A DNA stretch of 64,000 nt from positions 32,001 to 96,000 of the IMG/VR virus record IMGVR_UViG_3300032251_000001; one strand, 5' to 3'. Shown here one piece after another: positions 9,306 to 17,266 of the stretch (its first letter is position 1; every line of letters begins with the position of its first letter). Both the position numbers and the translations under genes were made by a program. Under the pieces are notes generated by a model. It was not told the origin of the DNA, did no database searches, and was given only the letters and a program-made list of their open reading frames with translations. Source of the stretch: a virus.

Positions 9306-9486
9306 ATGAATGTCCTTAGATACAATAGTTTCTAAGATATTGATAGGTGTACCTTTCACTCAATTAAAAGTAGAGTTACTTAGCTATCTCTTAGTACTTA
9401 ACTATACACTTAACGTTAAGAACTTTAATAGAACACTCTAGACGAGGTTACTTACTAAAGTAACTATAATATCTAAGGACATTCAT
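9306..9486 (-). ncRNA. candidate 181-nt structured RNA (6S-like size and architecture)
   Basis: Perfect 17-bp terminal inverted repeat (9306-9322/9470-9486) extended by G.U, one mismatch and 6 bp; no ORF; 7 nt upstream of the tRNA. Confidence 0.65.
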
Positions 9487-9493
9487 AAAATAA

Positions 9494-9540
9494 ATATACT
9501 TGGACTCTCATGTCCATAAAAACTCTCATGTTAAGTATAT
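9494..9540 (-). ncRNA. candidate three-way-junction RNA with twin AUGAGA loops
   Basis: AUAUACU/AGUAUAU closing stem enclosing AAC-AUGAGA-GUU and UGGAC-AUGAGA-GUCCA. Confidence 0.45.
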
Positions 9541-9548
9541 TATATGAA

Positions 9549-9621
9549 AGGATGTGATGAGGAAGCTCTTATAACTCTACATTAAATGTAAGTCCCTAAC
9601 TATCCAACATCACATCCCAAC
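9549..9621 (-). ncRNA. candidate 5' hairpin RNA at the predicted transcription start
   Basis: 11-bp stem GGGAUGUGAUG/CAUCACAUCCU with nested helices; starts 3 nt after the predicted +1. Confidence 0.45.
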
Positions 9622-9632
9622 AATTACTTGTT
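9621..9632 (-). promoter_or_regulatory. late-type promoter for the ncRNA/tRNA unit
   Basis: AACA-AGTAAT-TG on the minus strand, +1 G at 9621. Confidence 0.5.
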
Positions 9633-9658
9633 ATAAATATATTTTTAAAACAAAAAAA

Positions 9659-10231
9659 TTACTTCTTCACTCTGTCTGGATGATAATTCTTTACTTTACC
9701 ACGATATATAAATTGGAAATTTTTATTCGTTGCAAAGTCATAAGGACTAACCTTCCAAGCAGGTTTTTTGAATATCTTTATACCATTGGATTCAAATAAC
9801 CAAGTTACAAATTGAGAACAAAAGAACTCTTTATTACTTTTAGTTATTTGCTTACCTGTAAGATAACTAATTAATCCTTTAAAACTATATTTGTACTCAT
9901 CTCTATGAGAATACATAGCTTCAGCTTTTTGTTTCATACTTTGGAAGTGAACAATAGGTACATTAATTCTATATAATGAGAACGTAGCATCTGGTGCATA
10001 ATTCTCATATAAGTTTTCAATATTAATTCCACCATTCATATTGAAACCATACATATTATTTAAATTTTTATCAAATGATATTGATGCATGATTGTATGGT
10101 GTATTAGTTACATTAGTTATAACCTTAGCAACTCTAGATTTTGTATTAGATACAAGAACATATATTGGTTGCATATCTCTTACATCTTCATAAAAAACGT
10201 CTACACCAGATTCTAATAATAATCCAGTCAT
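9659..10231 (-). CDS. permuted papain-like (YiiX/YebB, NlpC/P60-like) cysteine hydrolase, probably virion-associated
   Basis: His before Cys: YNHASIS ... EFFCSQFV; N-terminal LLLE|S resembles a head-protease site. Confidence 0.75.
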   Translation of the reverse strand: MTGLLLESGVDVFYEDVRDMQPIYVLVSNTKSRVAKVITNVTNTPYNHASISFDKNLNNMYGFNMNGGINIENLYENYAPDATFSLYRINVPIVHFQSMKQKAEAMYSHRDEYKYSFKGLISYLTGKQITKSNKEFFCSQFVTWLFESNGIKIFKKPAWKVSPYDFATNKNFQFIYRGKVKNYHPDRVKK

Positions 10232-10243
10232 ATAATAATCCCC

Positions 10244-11221
10244 TTATCTACCCTTCAATTGCTTTTTAAACCAAGGGTCATTCTCCATTCTTTCTCTAGC
10301 TTCATCAAACCAAGGGTCATTCTCCATTTCTTTATGAGCTTTGTTAAACCAAGGATTAGCATCAAAATACATAGAGACAATAGATAATCTTTCATCACTA
10401 CATTTGTTTGAAATTTTCTTATAAGCAACTAACTGTTTGTTAGATATAACTATTCTACCTTGAATTAAAGACAATTTTTGTTGTAATCTTTTTGCAGTTT
10501 CAGTGTCATTTTCTTTTTCAGCTTTTGATATTTTAGAGTTATACATCTTTAAGTATTTCTCCCATTGACTTAATCTTTTTAAAACACGTTCAGTTCCAGT
10601 TTCAATAGCTTCATCAATTTTATCTAACTCTTTTGTAATTTCAAATACACTTGCATCTTCGTTTCCTTCTTTTTCAACTTGAAGTAAGTCTTCCATAGCC
10701 TTTTCTAAAGCTATACTTTGTTCTTCAATTATTTCTTTTTCATCAATAAAATCTTCAATAAAATCTTCACTTTCAGCATATAATCCTTTATCAACTTTAT
10801 CAACAGTTACATTACTAACAGCTTCTACTGATTTTGATAGTTCTGAAACTGAAGTCTGTTTAGTATCATTTTTATTCTTTTCAGCTACAGTGTTAGAAGT
10901 TTCTTTCAATGTCTTAGTTTCTTTAGAAGATTTTTTAAATAAGTTAAAGAATTTTTTAATAAGTCCTATAATCCAATTGATAAACCTTTTAATAAGTTCT
11001 TTAATTTTTCTAAAGAAATCTCCAACAATATTTTCATAAAGTAATGTATCTTCATTAACTATAGATTTATACTCACCAACTATTGTAGCTTCAGTTAACT
11101 CAAGAATATCTTGTTGAAATCTGTACATAAAGTTTAATTGTTCTGTCAATATTTCTGCAAGCAAAATGTCACTAGTTAGTTCAACACTACTTTCATTGTA
11201 ATAATTATTATCTAAAAACAT
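10244..11221 (-). CDS. internal head protein family member with C-terminal PWF repeats, 325 aa
   Basis: MFLDN start and IVNEDTLLYE|NIVGDFFRKIKELIKRF match paralogs A/B. Confidence 0.65.
   Translation of the reverse strand: MFLDNNYYNESSVELTSDILLAEILTEQLNFMYRFQQDILELTEATIVGEYKSIVNEDTLLYENIVGDFFRKIKELIKRFINWIIGLIKKFFNLFKKSSKETKTLKETSNTVAEKNKNDTKQTSVSELSKSVEAVSNVTVDKVDKGLYAESEDFIEDFIDEKEIIEEQSIALEKAMEDLLQVEKEGNEDASVFEITKELDKIDEAIETGTERVLKRLSQWEKYLKMYNSKISKAEKENDTETAKRLQQKLSLIQGRIVISNKQLVAYKKISNKCSDERLSIVSMYFDANPWFNKAHKEMENDPWFDEARERMENDPWFKKQLKGR
10268..10354 (-). repeat. 39-nt-period coding repeat (NPWF/MENDPWF x3)
   Basis: AAACCAAGGGTCATTCTCCATT at 10268 and 10307; AAACCAAGG at 10346. Confidence 0.85.
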
Positions 11222-11226
11222 TTTTA

Positions 11227-12015
11227 TTAATCCTCCTTATTCTTTCTTTCCATAAGATATTTAATAAATGTAGTATAGTTCTTATCAACAATCTTAATAT
11301 AATCTATTTTAGATTTCTTTAATATCTTATCTTTAATAACTTCTTTTTCTTTTTCTCTTTTTCGCCATTCATGTTTATTACTATTTTTATTACCTGTATC
11401 ATCAAAGTCAGAACCTTTAATTTCAATAATTAAATCTAGACTAGTAATGTATACATCTGGTATATAAAATCTAACTCGACCATCCTTATCTTTATAATCA
11501 AAGATTTGAGGTGCTGGCATCATGATGTCTTCAGGATTTTCCCAATTCATAAAGTGTTCCATGAAACCTAGGAAGTCTTCTTCATAACTGCCAGTATATG
11601 TAACTTCATGACCATTATCCCATTTGTATGTTCCAGAGATACTTCTATTAGCTAACATTTCTTTTTGTTTCTCAGGGTCATCTAATAAATGTTCTTTACC
11701 ATACTTATTTTTCATTCTTTTTTTAAATTGCTCTCTGTACTCAAGTCTTTCTTTTTCACTATGGAAACGTTCATAACGTTCAGTTTTTTCATTCCATTCA
11801 GTGGGTTTACCACTCATGACACATCTTCCACCAGTCTTCTTATTTCTATGATTGAAATATACTTGTGATGCAGACATATTACCCATAGCTTCTTTATGTT
11901 CTTCTTCCATATGTTGATATAAAGCTTGTTTAGCATCTTTAACTTGGTCTTTATTTTTAGCTATATATTTTTTATCACATAATGGACATTTAATAACTAT
12001 CTTATCACTAGCCAT
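11227..12015 (-). CDS. C2H2 zinc finger + PD-(D/E)XK (TnsA-like) nuclease
   Basis: CPLC...HMEEEH; YTGSYEEDF; FYIPDVY...IIEIKG catalytic motif intact. Confidence 0.7.
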   Translation of the reverse strand: MASDKIVIKCPLCDKKYIAKNKDQVKDAKQALYQHMEEEHKEAMGNMSASQVYFNHRNKKTGGRCVMSGKPTEWNEKTERYERFHSEKERLEYREQFKKRMKNKYGKEHLLDDPEKQKEMLANRSISGTYKWDNGHEVTYTGSYEEDFLGFMEHFMNWENPEDIMMPAPQIFDYKDKDGRVRFYIPDVYITSLDLIIEIKGSDFDDTGNKNSNKHEWRKREKEKEVIKDKILKKSKIDYIKIVDKNYTTFIKYLMERKNKED

Positions 12016-12044
12016 TGAAATACCTCCTTATTGTAGTAATATCT

Positions 12045-12056
12045 TAATAGTATGTT
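12045..12056 (-). promoter_or_regulatory. late-type promoter
   Basis: AACA-TACTAT-TA upstream of the 12015 operon. Confidence 0.55.
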
Positions 12057-12098
12057 AAAAAAAAATAAGCACCTGTAAAGATGCTTATTTAATATTAA

Positions 12099-12953
12099 TT
12101 AACCATTATAGTTAACTTGTGTAAATATTTGGTCAGATAACTGTGACTTACCTTTTTTCTTTAACTCTTTGTTAATTGTAGATAAGATTGCATAAGCCAT
12201 ATAGTGGTCAGTTGGAATACGACTATTATATTTGATATTCTTAAAATCAGACTGTGTCTTATTACACTTTAACATTAAGTTTTCCATATCAGCATTATAT
12301 AATGCTTCCTTAACATCTGCATAATTTTCTTTAACAAAGTCTTTATAAGTTTTAACAAATACAGACATTCCACCAATATACTTTCCTAATGCAGCTTCTC
12401 TTCTACCTTTCCATGCGTCTTTTAATAATTTGAAAACATTATTAAGATGTCTTTCACCTTCGATACTATAAATATCATAAGGTTTAATTAATGCATAGAT
12501 TGAGTTCACTTCTTTATTAGATTTGTCTTCATCCCAATTTAAAGTGAATCCATACTTTTGAACTATGTCATTGAACTTAACTAAGTATGGGTCGCCAGCT
12601 CTATATCTTGCTTTAAGTTTAGCTCTGTTAGATGGTTGCTTTTGCTCTTCATTTAAGTAAACGAATAAGAATGCTTCTTCATTAACTGTAAGACTTTCAT
12701 TAAGTACTTTACATAACATTTCAGTTTTCTCTAAATAAAGGTTAGCAGCTACAGTATGTTGCCCATCCACTATTGCAATATCTCCATTAGCTCTAACATT
12801 TAGAACTGGTGGATTCTCAGCAATAGTTAAGTAATTCTTTGCAATCCTCTCAACTCTAGCCATATCCAATGGACGTTGGTAAAGTTTGTCAGATGTTAGA
12901 TTAGTGATATCCATTAATTTTACTTCAAATTCTGTGTTAAATTTTGTTTTCAT
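12099..12953 (-). CDS. ParB/Srx-like (DGQH, DUF6551-type) protein
   Basis: YQRPLD...RIAKNY...PPVLNVR...AIVDGQHTV, later EAFLFVYLN. Confidence 0.75.
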   Translation of the reverse strand: MKTKFNTEFEVKLMDITNLTSDKLYQRPLDMARVERIAKNYLTIAENPPVLNVRANGDIAIVDGQHTVAANLYLEKTEMLCKVLNESLTVNEEAFLFVYLNEEQKQPSNRAKLKARYRAGDPYLVKFNDIVQKYGFTLNWDEDKSNKEVNSIYALIKPYDIYSIEGERHLNNVFKLLKDAWKGRREAALGKYIGGMSVFVKTYKDFVKENYADVKEALYNADMENLMLKCNKTQSDFKNIKYNSRIPTDHYMAYAILSTINKELKKKGKSQLSDQIFTQVNYNG

Positions 12954-12985
12954 AAAGCCCTCCTCAAGGTTTTAGTTTATTATTA

Positions 12986-13002
12986 TCAGTTATATAATAT
13001 AT
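12986..13002 (-). promoter_or_regulatory. early-type promoter ATATATTATA-N4-TGA
   Basis: ATATATTATA-TAAC-TGA upstream of 12953; one of at least 13 copies. Confidence 0.65.
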
Positions 13003-13052
13003 GTATGATTTTCATTTATTTACAAAAAAATTTATATGTTTCAAAAAGGACT

Positions 13053-13064
13053 AACAATAACATA
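13053..13064 (+). promoter_or_regulatory. late-type promoter
   Basis: AACA-ATAACA-TA upstream of the baseplate wedge gene. Confidence 0.55.
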
Positions 13065-13088
13065 AATTATACTTTTATTGAAAGGAAG

Positions 13089-13526
13089 GTGATTGTCATA
13101 GATGCATTTGTTCAAATTCTAAAGAAAGAATATTCATTAAATGTTGATGATTTTAATGAAACTGAATCTTCTACAGACTTAATAGCATTCGCTAGGTTGA
13201 TACAAACTCTTATAATATTAGAACCTTATACATATCCTAATATGCCAGATATGGGAGTTGGTATTGCTGATTATCAGTTTGAGTTTTTAGATGAAGTTAC
13301 TTTAAATAGACTCAAAGTGAGTATCAATCAGCAAATAGAAGAATATCTACCAAATAATATAATAAAGGATACTGTAATTGAAAAGTTACAAAGTAAAGAT
13401 AATAAAACTAATACTATAGGTATAATGTTTACTCTTACAAAAAGTATCAAAGGTAAAGATGAAATAATATTATTAATGAATAAAAAAATAGAATCTTCTA
13501 AAGTAATATCTGAAATAATATTTTAA
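13089..13526 (+). CDS. gp25/gpW-like baseplate wedge protein
   Basis: RLIQTLIILEPYTYPNMPDMGVGI...LKVSINQQIEEYLP; start is uncertain and non-ATG. Confidence 0.6.
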   Translation: MIVIDAFVQILKKEYSLNVDDFNETESSTDLIAFARLIQTLIILEPYTYPNMPDMGVGIADYQFEFLDEVTLNRLKVSINQQIEEYLPNNIIKDTVIEKLQSKDNKTNTIGIMFTLTKSIKGKDEIILLMNKKIESSKVISEIIF

Positions 13527-13607
13527 TAAAAAAATTAGTTTAATAACTATATATTAAATTTGTATTATTAATACTAATAATAAAAACCACTAAAAAGGAG
13601 AATTAAG

Positions 13608-14831
13608 ATGTCTGAAAATAATAACCAAGAGAAATCAATCCAAGATAAGATTCCATCAAGTCTTCATGACAAATTCAATATTAATCCAGCACAAGGGAAT
13701 GAGGAAGTTGTAGTTCAAGCTCCTAACACATCTGATGCTGTTATTACACAACCTGATATTGAAGTTGAGGAGCATATTACTAATGTTGATTTAGATAGTA
13801 AATTAGATACAATGATAAATTCTAATGAGACTTCAAAGATTGAAACTGTTGCTGCAACTGTTAAAGTTAAATCATATAACCCATTAGATAATATTGTAGT
13901 TGACCTTAACAACCTTGAGTTTGTTGAAAAGACTGCATTCAATCAACAAGATGATTATGATGAATTATTTAATAAGAAGTCTGTATTTGATGTAGTTGCC
14001 TGTCAATCTGCATATTCAGCTTCAATGAGTGCATTCAACATGAATGACATTAACTCTATCACTAATTCAAATGTAGATAGATATAAGTCTCGTCAAAGAA
14101 TGTACAAAGCTGTTTATAACCATATTGAAGCTATGTCTATTCCAAAGCCAGGATTTAATGAATGGTTATCTATTACATCATTTGGTGACTGGGATACATT
14201 GTTATTTGGTATCTACGCTCAAACATTCCCAGAAGATAATGATTTTGATATCAAGTGTGGTCACTGTGGAAAAGAAACACCAGTTACTATTGATAACAAT
14301 ACTCTTATCACTGTTAAAGATGAAAAAGTTTATGGTAAAATTAAAGAAGTTGTTAGTGGACTTAAAGACCCTGCAATGTTAGTAAACAATTCACAAGTAC
14401 ATAAGTATGAGAGAGTTATGTTGAAAGATAGTAAGTGTGTTGTAGAAATTCAAACACCTTCATTGTATGATTATTTATCACTTATTAAGAACACTGATGA
14501 AAAAGTTTTAGAAAACTATGCTGAAACAGTTAGTATCATGATGTTCATTAAGAACTTCTATATCCTAGATGTTGCTGCAACTAAAGCTACAGGTAAAGCA
14601 AGATTCTCACCAATCAGCACTACTGGTACAGAGATGTTAAATACTCTTACTAAGTTATCTGTTGTAGATGGTAAGCAATTAGAGAAAGCTATTGAAGCTA
14701 GAATTGAAAAGTTTGCTATTAACTACTCAATTAATAATGCTACTTGTAACCATTGTAAGGATACTTTAGAACCTATCGCAGTTGACTTAGAAACGTTGCT
14801 TTTTACACGAATCAACAAGGACCAACAATAA
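13608..14831 (+). CDS. baseplate hub/tail assembly chaperone-like protein (T4 gp26/51-like), 407 aa
   Basis: Two CxxC pairs (CGHC, CNHC), VEIQTPSLYDYL, acidic N-terminal extension. Confidence 0.55.
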   Translation: MSENNNQEKSIQDKIPSSLHDKFNINPAQGNEEVVVQAPNTSDAVITQPDIEVEEHITNVDLDSKLDTMINSNETSKIETVAATVKVKSYNPLDNIVVDLNNLEFVEKTAFNQQDDYDELFNKKSVFDVVACQSAYSASMSAFNMNDINSITNSNVDRYKSRQRMYKAVYNHIEAMSIPKPGFNEWLSITSFGDWDTLLFGIYAQTFPEDNDFDIKCGHCGKETPVTIDNNTLITVKDEKVYGKIKEVVSGLKDPAMLVNNSQVHKYERVMLKDSKCVVEIQTPSLYDYLSLIKNTDEKVLENYAETVSIMMFIKNFYILDVAATKATGKARFSPISTTGTEMLNTLTKLSVVDGKQLEKAIEARIEKFAINYSINNATCNHCKDTLEPIAVDLETLLFTRINKDQQ

Positions 14832-14872
14832 AAGACAAAAGAAAGTCTAATGCTGAATTTATAGTGTCAGTT

Positions 14873-15037
14873 ATGGAACTATTTGCTGGACAGCTTGATA
14901 TTGATGATATCCTTCAAAAAGACTTACCACTTATTAATGAAATGATAGTTGCTAAACAAAAGCAATTAGCTGAGAAAGAAAAACTTAGAAAAGAAATGGA
15001 AGCCAAGGCTACTAGAGATAGCAGTGGTAGAAAATAA
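14873..15037 (+). CDS. 54-aa ORF in the -1 frame, candidate frameshift extension of the chaperone
   Basis: MELFAGQLDIDDILQKDLPLINEMIVAKQKQLAEKEKLRKEMEAKATRDSSGRK; no SD; -1 frame is open back to the T5 run at 14800. Confidence 0.6.
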   Translation: MELFAGQLDIDDILQKDLPLINEMIVAKQKQLAEKEKLRKEMEAKATRDSSGRK

Positions 15038-15092
15038 TGATAACTCCTTTTTAGATTGTAAAAATGGATGACGGTCTATCAAGGAGGTACTT

Positions 15093-15476
15093 ATGTCAAT
15101 TGAAATTTATAATATGTTGGTGGATTTAGACGATAATTGTCTATCCAACCGAAATTTTATCTTTAGCTTGCAATATAGTCATAACGGTTTATTGTTAACC
15201 CGATTAATTGAAAATATAGAAAATGAAATTGAGAAAAATGTTATCATTCTAAGTGGATTTAAAAGTAGTCATATAAGTGGAATAGATTTTTTAAATGAGC
15301 AAGAACAGTATTTTGAATCCTGTACTATATCTTTTGAAGATTGCCTTGTTGAGGATGTTTTAAAGGAAATAAATGAATTAGAGTTGGTTAAGAAACTATG
15401 TCATACAGTTGTAATTAATGATGACAATTCTATATCACTTTTTCTAGATACTGAGAGAAGTAAAGAAGAAAATTAA
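15093..15476 (+). CDS. hypothetical protein
   Basis: SD AAGGAGG. Confidence 0.65.
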   Translation: MSIEIYNMLVDLDDNCLSNRNFIFSLQYSHNGLLLTRLIENIENEIEKNVIILSGFKSSHISGIDFLNEQEQYFESCTISFEDCLVEDVLKEINELELVKKLCHTVVINDDNSISLFLDTERSKEEN

Positions 15477-15533
15477 TATATGGTGGTAGAACTTATTATA
15501 GGTTCTACCACTTTATTATTTAAAGATTATTTG

Positions 15534-15545
15534 AACATTAAGATA
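15534..15545 (+). promoter_or_regulatory. late-type promoter
   Basis: AACA-TTAAGA-TA upstream of the chaperonin. Confidence 0.55.
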
Positions 15546-15565
15546 ATACAACTTAGGAGGATAAC

Positions 15566-17266
15566 ATGGAAGATTATTTAAAATCAAATATAGTGGGTAA
15601 AGAAACCACTAAAGAACAAATATCAAAATCACTATCATTTATTAGTGATAGACTAGCTAGTACTCTTGGACCATATGGTGGACCAACTATAATTCAAGAT
15701 AGACACTTACAACATTTTATGTCAAAAGATGGATACACTGTTTTAAAGAATATGTATTTTGATGATGACATCCCAAGAACTGTTCTTGATATTATTAAAA
15801 GAATTAGTAAGACTTTAGTTAGAACTGTTGGTGACGGTTCAACTTCATCTGTAATAATTGCAGACAATCTTTTTACAACTATTAATGATATATTGGATGA
15901 ATATAGTTTAGCTGCTAAAGATATGGAAAATGTACTAGATATTGTATGTGTAGAATTATCTACAATGATTTCAAACTTAAGCACACATATTACATCTGAT
16001 AACCAAGATGAAATACTTACTAAAATAGCTTCAATCTCAACAAATAATGATAATGAGAGTGGTAAATTCATATGTAAGTTATTTAATGAAATTGGTGTTC
16101 ATGGTAAAGTAAGTATCGAGAAGAGTAAAAGAGAAGAAACGTATTACAACTTAACATCAGGTACAGAGATTAAGCGTGGTTATATTGAACCAGTTTATGC
16201 CACTGAAGCTGATAAAACTACATGTAAGTATGAAAATGTAAATATATTTATGTGTAATGATACAATGCAAGATGATGATATGGATATGGTTGCAGATTTA
16301 TTAAATGATGTTTGCATCCAAAAAGATGAACCATTAATATTCATTGCTAAAGATTATTCACATTCAATGAAATCACTATTCTTTGCTAACAAGATGAGAT
16401 ATAAAAAACTACCTTTAGTGGTTATTGATATTTCGTTAGCAAGTAATGATTCTAGAAATAGATTTGATGATATAGCTTTCTTAACTAGTTCAGTACCTTT
16501 TAATAAAAGAGAAGGTGAAGAGCTTGAAAATGGTAAGTTTGATATCAATAGATTGGGTTATTGTGCTAAGATAGAAGTAAATGAAACTACATCTAAGTTA
16601 ATTGATGGTGATGTAGATGAAAAATCTGTAACTGAAAGAACTGATAGTTTGATTAAGTTACTTAGAGAATTAGAAGTTAGAAATGACCATATTGATAGAG
16701 AAAATCAAATTTATGAACTAAAGAGAAGAATTGCAGTTCTTAGTGGTTCTATGGCTGTAGTTTATGTAGGTGGTAATACTGAAGCTGAAAAAGAAACAAA
16801 GAAATTCTTAGTAGAAGATGCAGTATATGCATGTCAATCTGCTTTAGAATATGGATATGTAGTAGGTGGTAACTTATCAATACCTAGAATATTATCTGAT
16901 GATAAAAACTTTAATAGTATTATTAATACTCTTAAAGAAGAATTATCTTATATGTCAAACCGTAAAAACTTTGATATAAATAAGTTTTGTAATGGTGTAC
17001 TATCAAGTATTAAACATTCATTTGAGTATGCATACTCAAAAGTACTTAGTAATGCTAACTTATCTGAAGATGACATAGTTGAGATTATAGAAGGTTGCAC
17101 TAATAATGACTTTATCTATAACTTAAAGATGCACAAGTATGAGAATGATGATGTTACTATGGTAATAAATTCAGTTCAGACAGATATAGAGATACTTAAG
17201 GCAACATTTTCATTAATAGGACTTCTTGCAACTAGTAATCAATTTCTTACTATAAATACTAATTAG
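15566..17266 (+). CDS. groEL: phage-encoded GroEL-like chaperonin, 566 aa
   Basis: STLGPYGG, SKDGYTVL, VGDGSTSS (ATP-binding), RRIAVLSG...YVGGNTEAE, DAVYACQSALEYGYVVGG. Confidence 0.92.
   Translation: MEDYLKSNIVGKETTKEQISKSLSFISDRLASTLGPYGGPTIIQDRHLQHFMSKDGYTVLKNMYFDDDIPRTVLDIIKRISKTLVRTVGDGSTSSVIIADNLFTTINDILDEYSLAAKDMENVLDIVCVELSTMISNLSTHITSDNQDEILTKIASISTNNDNESGKFICKLFNEIGVHGKVSIEKSKREETYYNLTSGTEIKRGYIEPVYATEADKTTCKYENVNIFMCNDTMQDDDMDMVADLLNDVCIQKDEPLIFIAKDYSHSMKSLFFANKMRYKKLPLVVIDISLASNDSRNRFDDIAFLTSSVPFNKREGEELENGKFDINRLGYCAKIEVNETTSKLIDGDVDEKSVTERTDSLIKLLRELEVRNDHIDRENQIYELKRRIAVLSGSMAVVYVGGNTEAEKETKKFLVEDAVYACQSALEYGYVVGGNLSIPRILSDDKNFNSIINTLKEELSYMSNRKNFDINKFCNGVLSSIKHSFEYAYSKVLSNANLSEDDIVEIIEGCTNNDFIYNLKMHKYENDDVTMVINSVQTDIEILKATFSLIGLLATSNQFLTINTN

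Noticed and set aside
9350-9392. Hammerhead-like arrangement CUAAGUA-stem-GAAA inside the 181-nt RNA
   Set aside because: The core must be CUGANGA; G5 and G8 are missing and stems I/III are unconvincing
9560-9600. SRP-like internal loop (UAGG/AUAAG) in the 5' hairpin
   Set aside because: No CAGG/AGCA match and no GNRA tetraloop
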